A stretch of DNA of 44,498 nucleotides, the filler included, from Jimgerdemannia flammicorona (lineage: Eukaryota), in NCBI GenBank assembly GCA_003990765.1. It is 2 parts of 2 records of this genome, joined end to end, with 100 filler letters (N's around TTAATTAATTAA, not from the genome) between each part and the next. Parts side by side here need not be neighbours in the genome. Positions count along the whole stretch, not along the records: positions 1 to 22,201 come from RBNJ01001320.1; 1 more part is not named here. One strand, written 5' to 3'. Within the stretch, counting starts at the first letter, position 1. Each line of letters opens with the position of its first letter. The translations under genes were made by a program, and so were the position numbers. The notes under the pieces were generated by a model. The model worked only from the letters and a program-made list of their open reading frames with translations. It had not been told where the DNA came from and did no database searches. Shown here one piece after another: positions 1 through 13,726 of the stretch.

Positions 1-2995
1 AAAAAAAAAAAAGAGATCAAGATGATTATAGAGATCATGAATGGCAAGAGAGTGCAGCTGGATTGGGCAGCCTAGGAGAGGGTATAGGGGAGATATATTC
101 AGAAAGATTTGTTGGCAAAGTTGGGTCATAGAGTAGAGGGGGGGACTTTTGTAGCAGATGTTAGATTAAGGGCAAGTGCCTAGGCAGAGGAGAAGAAAGT
201 AGCATCAGAGGAGACTCTAAGGGTAAGCAGAGGCTCAGGATAAAGGACAGTAGTAGAAGATGAAGTGATAGATAAGGAGAAACACCCACAGTATGGAGTA
301 ATAGTGGGGGCCAGTAGGGATGATGAACTATAGAATATACTGGAGGAGGATTGGGATGAGTCAGTAAGAAAAAATGGAGAGAAAGAGCAGGTGAAGAAGG
401 GAATAAGATGGTCCAGAGAGTGGAGGAGGCAGTTGATGAGGAGAAGTGGCTGTAGAAAATGCTGACAAATGTGGTGGCTGAGAAGCTGAGGGGAGAGGAC
501 TTTTGGGTACTTAGCAAGAGATACTGGGGAGAAATCCTTTGAGATGAAGAGGTGTTGAGAAAACTCTGAGATGAGATAATGGTAGCTTTGCTAGAAGCTG
601 AGGCATATCAAGTAGATAGCAGTACTTTAGATAATTACAAATGACTGAATTGTTTATCTGTAAGATCTAAGGAAGGAGCAAGCAAAGTAGCAGATGGTGT
701 GTAAGAAGTACCAGACAGATATAGAAGCTGTGGATAGTGCAGATTATCAGGAGATCTTGGAGATATTGGAGGCTCAGCAGAGAGAGGCAGATGAGCTTGA
801 GATAGAAAGAAACCTGGATATAGTAGGTAATATGGTGAGTATGGAATTATAGAGTGGGCCATAGTTCTTCTAAAAATATTATTCAATATGAACAGTATAA
901 CTAGAATCTTCTCTTTGAATATCAATGAGCTATAAGGAGTAGTGAGGTATAGAAATATATTCTGCTAGCTAAAGGGGCTAGATGTGGATTTATTCCTACT
1001 ATAGAATGTTGGATGTAATGTGGACTTAGATATTCTGAACTAGATAAAGAAATGGGGTGGTGTGGTTATTTAGAATAGGTATGTGGATATTTTGGTTAAA
1101 AAGAGTAAGAGGGATTTTGAAGACATTGGACATTGAGAGAGCATAATAGTATAGAGAGTCTGGAAGAAATTAGGCTAGAGACTCTTGATAGTTAGATTAT
1201 ATTATTGTTCTGTGGAAAAGAGAGAGAGAGTGGAATGGATTTGAGGGCTATAAGAGTCTGGAGCACTAGTAGAGATAGAGATTGACTATCTAGGTGGGGA
1301 CTTTAACATGATACATAATGGAAAGATAGACAGAACTAATGAAGAGAAGAGAATAGCTGATAGGAGTGATGGTATGGAGACTTGAGAGAAAGTTGAGTAT
1401 CTAAGTTCATTAGCAGATATTGGGAGGCTTAGATGGGGGGATTGTAGGGTCTATACTTACTGAGTGGTAGGGTTGGGCTCCAGAATTGGCTGGATGCTGA
1501 CTGCTGAGTACTAGGGAGTTAATATCTAAAGAACTTTGGAAATAGTTTGGTGCCTATAGTCAAATCACTAGGGTCTTTTAGGAGGGGAGTGTTTTGGGAG
1601 AAGTAGGGAGGGACCTGGACATTAGTACCTGAATACCTCATTACTAGAGGAGGCCTCCTTATAAGATATATAGATAATAGACATTAGCACCAGAATACTT
1701 AGATAGAGAGTAGGGGGGCTGGTGATTGGGGACTATTAGAGAAGATTGAAATCAGATGTACAATAATACTGAGAGAAGGCAGAAAAGATGTAGGGTACTC
1801 AGAGGAAGAAGCAAGTAAGATGGGCCTCTCAGAGATTGGTGAGATTGTTAGCAGCCTGAGCAGATCTATTGAATGATAATGGAGAGGGAGATTGAAGGTT
1901 ATAGCAATCAGGCTGAAGGTGGAGGAGTTAAAGAGTATGCTTAGGCAAGAAGAAGACATACAGATGAAAGGCATGGTAGTCCAGTTGAGATGACAGGAAT
2001 TGGAGAAGGGGGAGAGGCCTATAAAATTTTTGTCACAACTTCTGTAAGTAAGGAGAGTATGGCAGTAATGGGAGGGGGTATTGGATGAGACAGGAGAGCT
2101 GGTTGTTGGGACACTAGAGATTTTAGATCAGTTGAGCAAATGGTGGAAGTAATTATAGAGTAAGAAGAAAGAGAGAGTGGGGGTGCTGAACATTGAAAGG
2201 CATCTAGAGGACTAGTACTCTGATTCAGCAGATACTGTCAATGATAAGCTCAGAGATAGTACTAAGAGAAGATGGCTTACTATGAGATTTTTGGAAAAAG
2301 ATGGCAGAAGTCAAGTTAATTCTGAAAGAGATAATAGTGATGTATAAGGAGATCATTAGCTTAGAGGAGTGGATTGGGGGGCAGTGCTTGGATCTTGTGG
2401 CTCTGCTGTTTAAGAATAAGGAGAAGAGAGAGGAGTGGAAGAACTGGAGACTAATCATGCTTCTGGATATAGATTACAAGCTGGTCACAAAAATACTAGT
2501 AGCTAGGCTATAAAGTGTAGCTCAGCAAGTACTGGGGGCTGAACAGTAAGAGTTTGTAGAGAGATATCTAATCAGAGATGAGACAGCCTAAGTATATAGT
2601 ATTATTGAAGAGACTTGAGCTACTGGGGTAGATAGATGACTGGTTTTTCTGGACCAGGAGAAGACCTATGACAGAGTATAGTGAGTGTGGTTAGAAGGAG
2701 TATTGAAGCATATAGGGATTCCCCCAGGAGTCTGGTGGGCCTTGATTAGACTACTGGAAGAGAGTCAGGTGGTAATTTTAATAAATAGTTACAGAAAGAT
2801 TTCATTCACTCTAGACAAGAGTATGCTGCAAGGAGATCTATTGTCACTAATTCTATATATACTATCCCTAGAGCCACTTTTGGATAGGATTTAGAAAAGA
2901 GTGGGGAGTTGGATATTTTGGGAGCTAATTGGAAGATAGGGGCCTTTGCTGATGATATAGTGGTTAGGTTAAGGTTGGCAGAGGATGTAATAGTA

Positions 2996-3037
<42 letters not shown>

Positions 3038-4180
3038 TATAATAGTACTGAGAGATACATATAGTAGAGTGATATGAGGAGTACCCAGATACTAAGCTCC
3101 ACTGGTATAAGTATGAGACATTGGTGTTGAGAAGAGAGATAGTAGATAGAGATGTGATTGAAATAATTATTTATATAGAAGAGGCTATTTATTATCTGGA
3201 AATCTACTTCTCAGTATATAACTCTTTATTATCTCAAGAATGGTAAGAGCAGTGGTTGGCAGAGTGGGGAAGTACTCTCTTAGAGTGGAGTGGTCATTAT
3301 ATATCTCCAGTAGGGAGGGTAATATTGCTAAATATATATTGGTTACCTAAGCTATAGTATCTGGAGTACTACTTGGACTTTCTAGTGTGGGTGATCAAGA
3401 GACTATTAAAGATAGCCAGGACCTAGATATGGATAGGGCAAGGCAGTCAGATTGATTGAGAAGTATTAACCTCTCTAGTAGACTAGAGAGGTCTGGATCT
3501 AGTAGATTTTTCCAAGTACCTTTATTCCTTGTGGATATAGTAGCTGAAATAAGCTAGTAAGTTGAGGGGCAGCAAGTGAGTTTCTCTTATACAGAGGGTG
3601 TGAGAGACCCAGTTCTCTCTCTGTGATATGACAGAGGGCCTACTATCTCTGATGGCTTTGAAGGAGAGTCAGAGGATATACTTTTGAGAGTTCTGATAAA
3701 GAGTGGTTGATGGGGCTCACCATATTGGTCTCTGATGATAGGTGATGAGAGGGAGGAGGACTGAAACTTCCAAATGTAGAAGTGAGACTATCTTCTACTA
3801 GACAGAACACTGGTAAAGAACTTCTGCTTAGAGGATAGTATAGAGTATCTGTAAGAATACAGGAGAGATCTATGGCCTGAGATATAATAGCAGATAGAGA
3901 TTGACAAAGAGTGGAATTGGAATGCTATTTAGTTATAGAACAAGTAGGCAGTGTGATAAATTTTACTCAAGTTCTGAGTGGCATAGTAGAGATTTCTTTA
4001 GCACAATGTGATATTGAACTATCAATTGAGTCATTTGGTGGAAAACAATATCCAAGAGTATGAGAAGTATCTAAATGTCAAATAAGAAGAGAAAGTGATA
4101 TAGATATCTAAATATTAGCTAAGAGAGTGTAAGATAATGAGAGACTTTTGGAGTATAATTAAGAAATAGCTGAGAATGTA
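1..4180 (+). mobile_element. Decayed L1/Tx1-type LINE (LINE-A), 5' part: end of ORF1, then ORF2 (APE endonuclease, RT, C-terminal Zn region)
   Basis: APE start MNSITRIFSLNIN at ~888; GGDFN at ~1293. RT motifs: NWRLIMLLDIDYKLVTKIL, LDQEKTYD, QGDLLS, GAFADD (2301-2960). Many transition-derived stops. Confidence 0.9.
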
Positions 4181-5070
4181 TAGGTACCTTTCTCTGGTAT
4201 AATTTGCATTATACAAAACTTCAGGCAATACTTTTTGACACAACTCAGAAAAAAGATACTAGGAAAATATCATTAAGCAAGAGTTCTAACAGATGTGCTG
4301 AGTTGGGTGGACCTGGAGCATTTGGCTAGCAATATGTAGGGAGGGGTTATAGATTGAGGATGGGCTCTTTTGGAGGTATGAAGGAGGGAGAGAGCTCTGA
4401 AGAGTGACCAGTGTCTAGTGGAAATGGAGGAGAATCTGAGCCCCCAAGTTTTACTAATAAGATGAAGGAGAGTGGATGGCCAGCAGGTGCTCAAGCTGAT
4501 AGAGCTGGAGGAAAAGGCAAAGCTAGCTTAGAGAGAGCAGGAGGCCCTTTGCTGAGAGAAGTGAGCATAGGGACAGGAGGAGCTGTAGCTGGGGGCAGTA
4601 GAGTGACTGCTGATAGGAATATGATGGTGGATTAGGAAAAAAAAAAAAAATGTAACTGTTGATAGTAATACTATGCAGAGGGACAGACAGGGGCAAGAGG
4701 ACCTGGCTGATGGTGTAACAGGCCTGGCAGTGGCCCTGTTACTCAAAAAGTCCATCTTGGAGTTCACAGTTATATTGTGCTTCTAGGGCTTAGTAGTGAT
4801 GGTAAGAATAGTACTGAGGCTAATCTTGAAGCAGATGGCTGGAATAGCCTCAGTGAAGTTCCTGAAGGGGCTTGAGGGAGTAGAGGTGAGCTTTGAGGAG
4901 GCTGCTCCTTTGGAGGAGGCAATGAAGATAGGGCTGACTATAAGAGAGTAGTAGTTTCTATGATATATTACTTAAGGTGAGATCTAAGGGTAGTGTAGCT
5001 CCTGGTGAAAAGAGTGCTCACAGTAATAGTGATTGAGATAAGGAGGAGGGTTGAGGAAGTTATGGCTGAG

Positions 5071-5489
5071 TAGTACTCCCAAATGAGTCAAATCAATTTG
5101 AATCAAATCGAATTGAGGGTTAAACAAGTTGAATCGAATTGGGGATTTTTCAATTCGAATCAATTTGAATCAAATCAAAAGTCAAATCGAATTGAGGGTC
5201 TGATTCGAACCCTAATTTTCAAAATGCAATAACTCAGCGTAAACTCATCTAACGTACTTTAGCTTGTTAGAATCACATTAATACGGTGAATCTAAAAAGC
5301 TAAAAATACGTTAAATTTGGATGAGTTTTCGTCAAGTTATTATATTTTGAAAATTAAGGTTCAAATTGAACTTTGAATCAAATTGGACCTTTGATTTGAT
5401 TCGAATTGAATTGAATTGGACCCTTGATTCAATCGAATCGAATCGAGTTTGGGCCAAATTCAATTCGATTCGATTCATTGGGAGCACTA
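5071..5489. mobile_element. hAT-type MITE, 419 bp, palindromic
   Basis: Termini TAGTACTCCCAAATGA...TCATTGGGAGCACTA. Perfect 8-bp TSD TGGCTGAG (5063-5070, 5490-5497). Subterminal AATCG/GATTC-type short repeats; CpGs retained. Confidence 0.9.
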
Positions 5490-6272
5490 TGGCTGAGTAT
5501 AGTGAGGTAGTGGATATTGGGTTTTAGGTCTAGGAGGAGATCTCTTTTAGGATAGAGGATATAGATATTTATCTCAGGCTGGCAGGAAAGAAGGTTACTG
5601 GAAAGCTGCAAGATTGACCAGTAGTAATGATGTGAAGAGTCTTTATCTATAAGATGATGAGAGTAAAGAGGAGTATAGAGAATGAAGAGGATCTAGTAAA
5701 GATACTAAGAAGCTCAGTAGAGTGGTAGAGCAGCAGACCAAGATATAGCAGAGTTATGTGAAATCAATTCACTTAGAGGTAGTAGATAAAAAGTGTATTT
5801 AGGTGGACAAGGGTATGTGAGAGAGGGCTCAGGGGTATAAGAGGCAGAAGGAGCTATTGGTAAGTTTGAAGGAGAAGGAGAAGGAGAAGATAAGCTTAGA
5901 AGAGGAGACTGGGGGAGCTAAAGAGAGCATCTGGGCAGAGGTGGAGGTTGGGAGGATACTGAAGTATATAAACAGAGGCCAGGAGGAGAGAGATCAGGCT
6001 CTCTATGATAATCGTATACTAGAGGTATGGGAGGAGAGTAAGGGTATAGGAAGGAAGGCTCAGGTCATCCAGCTGATAGCTGGTGAGGATGTAGAGATGT
6101 TGGAGACTCATCATGTTTGATTTAGTATACCTGAGGTAGCAAGTAGGGGGTAGGTAGTTGGGGTTAGAGAGGAGGAGCTGGTGGATGTCCCTGAGGAGAA
6201 GTGGGATGAGTCTGCAAGTACTAGAGCAGACACTATGATGCTTGAAGCTAACTGGCTGATAATATCTAGGGG

Positions 6273-6872
6273 TAGTGCTCCTAATAAGTCAATTTAATCT
6301 GGATTGGATTCAGATTGATTTGGATTGAATCCCATCCAGATCAACTCAGATGAGATTCAAATCCCATCTGGATGGATTTGAATTAACTATTGTTTTGATT
6401 TCCAAATTAGACAATTAAATGTTTATATCAATAACTCAATAAATAATCATCCAAATTTAATAATATTGGTGTCATTTGAAAGTCCTTAATAAGGCCTACC
6501 TAATGATACCAAGAACATTGAAATCAGATCATACATTGCTGAGTTATGAAGGAAAATGTCTGAATTGCTAACTTTTGAAATTATTCAATTTGCTGATTTT
6601 GGAAATTTTGTCAAATAGAACATTTTCCTTAATATCTTGACAATACATGATCCAATTTTAATTTTCTTGGTATCATTAGAAAGGACTTATTAAGGGCTTT
6701 CAAATAAAACCAAGATTATCAAATTTGGATAATTATTAAGCAAGTTATTGATGTAAACATTTAATTGTCTAATTTGGAAATCAAAACAATGGTTGATTTG
6801 AATCTCATCCAAGTTGATCTGGGATTCAAATCCCATCTGAATTTCATTCAGATTGACTTGTTTGGAGCACTA
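6273..6872. mobile_element. hAT-type MITE, 600 bp, palindromic along most of its length
   Basis: Termini TAGTGCTCC...GGAGCACTA. The 8-bp TSD TCTAGGGG / CCTGGAGG differs only by transitions, and the homologous empty site in LINE-C reads CCTAGAGG. Confidence 0.85.
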
Positions 6873-9800
6873 CCTGGAGGCAAGGAGATTGGGGACTTGC
6901 AGTAGCTGTGCTGGGTGATAAATAACTTAGCAGCTAAGAAGTTGGGAGATGTGGACTTGTGAGTCATCAGTGAGAAGCACTGGATGAGAATTCTACAGGG
7001 AGATGATACTATAGAGGCCCTGGTGAAAGAGGTGCTGGTGGTGTATTTGGATGAGAAGGGTTTGAGGTAGATGTTGAGAGAGAGGCAGAGATGATAGTGG
7101 CTACTAGAGAGTATATAGTCTTCTGGTGGGAGTAGAGAAGTGGATTGGAGATTTGGCAAGGGACTTGTTTGGAGTATCAGAAGGAGATGGAGTTGAAGGA
7201 TGATGTAGCAATAGATGAGCTCTTGGGTGGACTGGAAGCTAAGCTGATTGAGAGTGGGGGCTACTGCTAAGTATAGATTAAACTTGGCGAGAGAGAAAGT
7301 AAATATGGAGTTATAAGAGAATACTTCTATTTTAATATTATTTCTTATAAACAGTACAACTAACATTTTCTCACTAAATGTGAATAGCCTGTGGGTTCTG
7401 GGAGGTGATACAACATTTTTACTTAGTTAAGAAGATTGGAGGTAGATCTATTTCTTCTATAGGATATATAATGTGAGAAGGATCTTGATCAACAGAAGTG
7501 GACAAGAGAATAGAGTAGAGCAGTAGTTTGGAATGATAAGGTTAGACTACTGGTGCAGAAAGAGTGAGGGGAAATATGTGAAATCAGGAACTGGGGGGAT
7601 TATATAGTTTAGGAAGAGTAGTATTGGTCTGGATGAGAGTCAATTATGGTAGGATCTTGCTACTGTTCTGTAGTAAGGAGTGAGTATATAGAGTGGATTA
7701 ATAGTCTGTTAGATAGTAGAGTGCTTATAGAGACAAGAGTAGAGGTTCTTGGAGGAGACTTCAATATGGTTTGCTTGGTGTAGTTAGACAGGACAGATAG
7801 GGAGAGAAATGTAGAAGGCAAGAGTAGTGGTCTAGAGGGTTGGGAGGAGGTGGAGTGACTTAGCTCCTTGGTGGATACTGGATGGACAATGTGGAGAGAT
7901 AAGAGGGTCTATACTCATTGGGTGAACAGTCTGGGGACTAGAATTGACTGAGTGCTAACAGCCAACTGCTGGGGTCTAGATGTCTGGAACTCCCTAGAGA
8001 TTGAGTAGTATCTGTAGTCAGACTATTGGGACTTGTTAGAATATAGGCAGTTTGGGGGAAGTGGGGATGGGCATGGACATTAGTGCCTCAATTTCTTTTT
8101 ATTGGCTGAGAAGAAGCTATAAGACAATTGAGCTAAGAGCATTTGGCAGAAAGTGAAAGGTTGGATATATGAGAGTGCCCTAGTTAGTATTCAATAGATA
8201 AGATTGAAGAAGGCTGCTAGGATTTACTAAAATGAGGCTAGCAAGGTGGCAGAAAGACAAAGGAAGAGAAGAGTGATCTGGACTTCTGCTATATTGGCTC
8301 AGCTTTAGGAAAAGTGGACTGGTCTTTTGGCCCTAGAGGGGGTAGAGGACTGGAGGTTGATGTGGGCCAAGCTAGAGGTCACTGAGTTACAACAGGTATT
8401 GAGGGAGAAGAAGGAGATACAGATATAGAGTATAGCTATACAGCTATGCTAGCATGGGCTGGAGGGAGGGGAGAGACCCTCTAAGTATCTCTTAAGGATT
8501 CTTCAGGCAAGAAGAGTGAGGCAGAGATGAGAGAGGGTACTAGATTCTGATGATCTGCTAGTATATGGTCTACAAGACATTCTAGGTTTACTGAAGGAGA
8601 GGTGGAGTGGTCTGTGGAGTGAGGAGGAGGGTGGAGCAGATACTGCTATCATTGAATATGTCTTGGAGAATTAGCACCCACTATGAGTAGATGGGCTTAA
8701 CAGCTTGATAATACCAGTATAGGAGGAGGAGATTCATCAGGTTCTTACTATAACTATACTGGGCACAGTACTAGGAGAGAATGGTCTGCCCTGGGACTTC
8801 TGAAAGAAGATGATGGGAGTCTCTGAAGTGCTAAGAGAGATGATAGCACTTTGTAACTTGGTATTACAGTCAGGAAAGTAAATGAGAGAGCAGGATCTGG
8901 GACTGGTAGTACTGCTGTATAAGAATAAGAGCAGAAGGAAGAACTGGAAAAACTGGCAACCTATTATACTCCTAGATATGGACAGGAAGTTGGTCACCAA
9001 GGTGGTGATTGAAGGCTATAGAAGATAGTACAGCAAGTCTTAGGTGAGAAGCAGTAAGATTTTGTAGAGGACAGACTTATTAGGGATAGTATAGCTTGGG
9101 TTCATAATATTATTGAAGGGACTTGAGTCTATAGGCTAGATGGGAGATTGGTCTTCTTAGATTAGAAGAAGGCATATAACTATATTAGGCAGATCTGGTT
9201 GACAAAGATACTAGAAAGGATTGGTATCTCTTAGTAGTTCTGAGTGGTAATAATCAGTCTACTGAAAGAGAGTAGAGCAGTATTCATATACAATGGTCAT
9301 CAGGAAGTGGTATTTTCTCTAAGTAGAGGTATTCCTCAGAGTGACCCTTTGTCTTCTATTTTGTATACTCTGTCCTTAGAGTCTTTGATAGATAGGATTT
9401 GGTGAAAGATAGTAGGTCTCCCAATTTTTAGAATTGTATAAAATGTTGGAGCCTTTGCAGATAATATGGTTGTAGGCCTAGGTTTGATTGCTGATATTGA
9501 GAAACTTCAGAAAATGGTAGAGTGATATGAGGTATACTCTGGAGCTAAACTCAACTAGCATAAGTATAAAACAATAGTGTTAGGTAATGGCCTAGTGAGA
9601 GGGGATATCATTGGAATAATTGTCTCTATAAAAGATACTGTATAGTACTTGAGCATCTATCTTTTAGTTTATGAGTCAGTCTTACCAAGACCTTGGTAAG
9701 AGCAGTGAGTGGCTATTTGGAGGGAGGCCCTGTAGAGTTGAAGAGGCTGCTACATCTCTTTGATAGGTTGTATTTCAATTTTGAATATCTACTAGCTGCT

Positions 9801-11079
9801 GAAGCTATAGTATTTAGTATATATCTGGACTTTCTAGCCTGAGTAGTGAAGAGACTATTGAAGTTGGCCAAAGGTTAGATTTAGACTAGGAGGAGAAGTC
9901 AGATTAGCTGGAAAATTTTATCATTACTAGTGACTTAAGAAGGCCTTGGGCTAGTTGACTTTCTGAAGAGACTATATTATCTGAGAGCTTGGTGGTTGAA
10001 GAGAGCTGTAGAACTGAGGAGTGATAGCTGGGTTTCTCTAATGAAAAAGGTCTAAGAGATAAGGTTCTTACTAAGAGACTCTACAGGAGATCTACTGTCC
10101 TTGGTTAGACTTCAGAATAGTGAGTACATATAGTATAAGAACTTCTGGTAGAGAGTAGTTGATAGAGCATACTATATTGGTACTGCTAGCAGAGGGCTGA
10201 AGGAGAGATACATTGGGACCTAGTGATATAGAGATAAGATTAAGTATTTTTGAGAAGTACTCTCCTAATTAACTTTAATATTAGTGATGGAGTTGAGTAC
10301 CAGAGAGGATTAGAATAAGATGTATAATCTAGTGACTAGCAGATGGTGGGTATTGAAAAGAAGTAGAACTGGAATGAGATTTGGGCCTAGAGTGTGGAAA
10401 TATGATATTAACTATCACCTAAGTACTGAGTGGTTTAGTGGCATATGCTGAGAAAAAAATATTTTGCTCAATTTTTATTTAGACCACTTTATAGAGAGAA
10501 GTAGCTTTGATTGTGAGGAGTGTTATAATGTAGAATAGAAAGAAGAATATGTATAGATATCAGAACATTAGCTGAGAAAGTATGAGATACTTGGAGACTT
10601 TTGATTAGAGATTAAAAATTGATTAGATATTATAAAAAAGAGAAATAGTGAGAGAGATCAATAAAAGGATCTGAGAGATAGATTGGTGAGAGAGATTAAA
10701 AATAAGTAACTCACTACTGGTTGAGTTTTAAATATGAATAAAACTGACTAAACACTGACTGTTTATTTTTGAGAAAAAAAAAACATATAGATTTGAGAGA
10801 ACAGCTGACAAGATGAGAAAAGTTAGTGATAAATATCTTAATGAGCTAATGGCTGAGATAGAATTTATAAAAAGATCAATAATATTATTTAGTAAAGAAA
10901 ATTTATTAACAAAGCAAGAGAAAAACTATAATAGTAAATAATAGAATAATATTCAAATATAAAAATATAATGAGAGATCTCTTTAGAGAAATTAAGTAGT
11001 AAGAAGAAATACTATATTTATATTTAATAAACTAGTAATAAATAGCAAAGTCTAAAAAATTATTAAAAAAAAAAAAAAA

Positions 11080-11574
11080 TAGCTAAATATATACCTAACT
11101 AAACTATAATGAGAGAGAGATAAAATGACCTCTGAAAAAGATTGATAAAAAGAGTAAGAAATAAATAACTAATATTGAAATAAGTACTAACTATTTGAGT
11201 TAAACTTATCTGATATTAGTATATATATTTAAAAAAGATCAATAATTGCTACTAGAGACAAAAATTACTAAATAAAAATAACTAATGTTGAACTTATTAA
11301 ATAGCTGATAAAGAGAATGAAGCACTAATCAGAAGTATCAACAATAACTAATAAAAACAATTTGTAAAAAGAGTGAGAGAAAGATAAGAATAATAAGAAA
11401 AATAATAACATTTCTAAAAAACAATATAGAGAGAAAGAAACTTTCTTATAAGATTAAGTGAGAGATTTGTTTATATTAATATAATATAAATAGTTTGATA
11501 ATAAAGTAAAATCTATAAAACTATATAAAAAAAAAAAAAAAAAAAAAAATATAAAAAAAAAAAAAAAAAAAAAA
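11080..11574 (+). mobile_element. 3' end of LINE-A resuming after the LINE-B insertion, extremely A-rich, with poly(A) tail
   Basis: Aligns by eye to the ORF2 C-terminus and 3' UTR of the other LINEs; A-tracts at 11528-11574. Confidence 0.65.
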
Positions 11575-12139
11575 TCAAATATATCTTAAGCATTTTTCCA
11601 GTCACACATATCTCCTCTTTATATAACTCATGAGAAATCTATACAATTTATTTCTTTCTAGCAGCCTCTAATTTATCAAAGACATCAATTTATAAGTTCA
11701 TGTAAATATCTCACCACTAATACAATTTTTTTTTTTTTCAAACACAGCTTCCATCTTGACTTCCTTCCAAAAGCTTTTGGTACTGATAGTTTGTTTCTAA
11801 CAAAGCGGTGCAATTAGTTAGTCTACATTATTCATATTATCTCTTTTTTTTTTTTTTTTTTTTTTTTACAGACTCTTATTCATATTATCTCCATACTCTA
11901 TTTCAATTTTAACTACACAGCAGCATTCGCTCCCAGGTATCCAAGGGGGTAGTTCCCCCCATAGGATGTTTGCAAGAACGAAGGTAATACCTCCCTGGGT
12001 TGTGCAGTGTTGTGCAGTGCGCGGGGTAATACCCCATACTCGGGCTCCTTAAGCCTTTAAGGGCCTCTCTTGCAAAAGGGGGTAATACCCCCCCGAGCTG
12101 CGCGTTTTCCAGGAAGATAAGAGAAACGATGTAACGCAC

Positions 12140-13726
12140 CTGATTCACTAACAATATCGCAACCTGAAACTTCCTCTGACTGGTTTCGTCGCTGCCTTTT
12201 GCAGCGTCACGAACTATTTTTTTAAGTGAGGATGAATCTATTCCGCCAAATTCCTTGACAAACTTTGGTGTTGTCAATGTAAGATGATAGGTTTCATGGA
12301 TTTGAGAAAACTGACATAGGACCACTCAGTAATCGGAGTCTTCCCGAAGTAAGAAGCTGTAGCTTTGCCTACAAAAACAATTAAATAGGCAAGTTGGAAC
12401 TGCGGACTCATAATTTCCGACCAAAAGTTGGGAGATAAATCTTACTGAGAGAAGCTGAAGCGAATACACCCATCTATCAATTGCAATAGGGAGTTTGCGC
12501 AAATGGGATATCCATGTAGATTTCGGAAAGCCAAATATCCGTGTAAGAAATGAGTTTGCGCAACACGGATTTCTTACTTATATACGGGTATGATCAAATG
12601 CCTTCAAAAACAAGAATACTATACCTCGCCAGCGGCCATGGGATGCGCCGAATCACCGTCCTCCGACGTGTCGCTTTCCTGTTGATTGTTTTTTAAGACT
12701 CGGTTTAGTAGATTAAAGGCCTGAACATCGGGTATGATCAGAATACCGTACCTCGTCTTCCCTGCTCGCGGCCATGGACCGCTTGGCGCTCCTGTAAGTT
12801 GCCAAAAAAAAAAAATCGACAAATACGCACGCTAGTTGACACTTACCGCTTAGAGCGGTGTTCATAATTTTTTTTTTCGAGCCCAATATTCTGCCAGGGT
12901 AATTCCCACCGTGCTTGACTCTGTAGAAAGGAATTCAGTTCAGTACAGTTAATTGCTGAGTTATGGCGTATGTAAAAAACAAATCAAATGCACAAGAACA
13001 AACGAATACTATACCTCGTCTTCGTTGCTCGCGGCTATGGACCGCTTGCTGCTGTACGTCACTTTGACCTTCGGCGTGTTCGAGTCGCCCTCCCATTCGA
13101 GGCGGTCATGGACCGCTTGGCGCTCCTGCACATTAAAAAAAAAGGGGGTCATTAGAATCACCATATTAGGGAGTTTGCGAAAATGGGATATCGGTGTAGA
13201 TTTCGGAAAAACTCGGAGAATGCTATACCTCATTCGGGCTAAGCTTGTTCGCGGCCATAGGCCGCTTCTTTGTGTTTTCAATGCTTACGCGGTTCTTCAC
13301 CGCTTTAACAAGTTTCTTGTTCAAGAGGGCAAAAAAATATAACATGGTTGGAACGTCCCCTTTGGGCGCCTTCAGCAGCGGCGAGGAGCCATCACTGGGC
13401 GACGAGCAGTAACCCAGCTAGATCCACGACGTCCGAGGAATTATTCAAAATTCACAGACCTTCCTTTTTCCTCATGAGTGAGAAAGGATAGCCCACTCGA
13501 CTATAGCAATAATAACATTTTTATAGGCAACGTCTTACTCACCTGCCAGCCGGAATCCAGAAGCCTTTGTGCATTGCACGGCATCGCGATCTTCCATCTC
13601 AGCACGTCGCTGAAGATCCTTCTTAATACGGTCGAAAACGCGACTAATGTTATCGTCGGCGCAATAGTTTGCTGCAATAGCGTCATACGTCTAATTTTCT
13701 GCGGGTGCGTCGAAGTACGTTGTCAT
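12140..13726 (-). pseudogene. Multi-exon hypothetical gene, pseudogenised
   Basis: ATG at 13726. Canonical splice sites define exons 13543-13726, 13229-13315 (KLVKAVKNRVSIENTKKRPMAANKLSPNE), 13015-13125, ~12847-12919, ~12752-12791, ~12625-12678 and ~12140-12368. Premature TAG at 13691-13693 (probably Trp) and frameshifts; CpG-rich. Confidence 0.7.

Larger units (their letters stand above)
4181..11079 (+). mobile_element. Decayed near full-length LINE (LINE-B) nested in LINE-A
   Basis: ORF1 region is homologous to 32280-34266 (minus strand). APE start NSTTNIFSLNVN at ~7347; GGDFN; RT motifs QSDPLS and AFADN (~9340-9470). Poly(A) at 11065-11079. Degenerate TSD aaatagctgagaatgta (4164-4180) / aaatagctaaatatata (from 11077). 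Confidence 0.85.

Noticed and set aside
2998..3032. Internal poly(A) as a LINE 3' end (also 4637-4650)
   Set aside because: Coding homology continues on both sides; homopolymer expansion or sequencing artefact.
5085..5480. Short repeats as a CRISPR array or satellite
   Set aside because: No regular repeat-spacer structure; these are subterminal repeats of a MITE.
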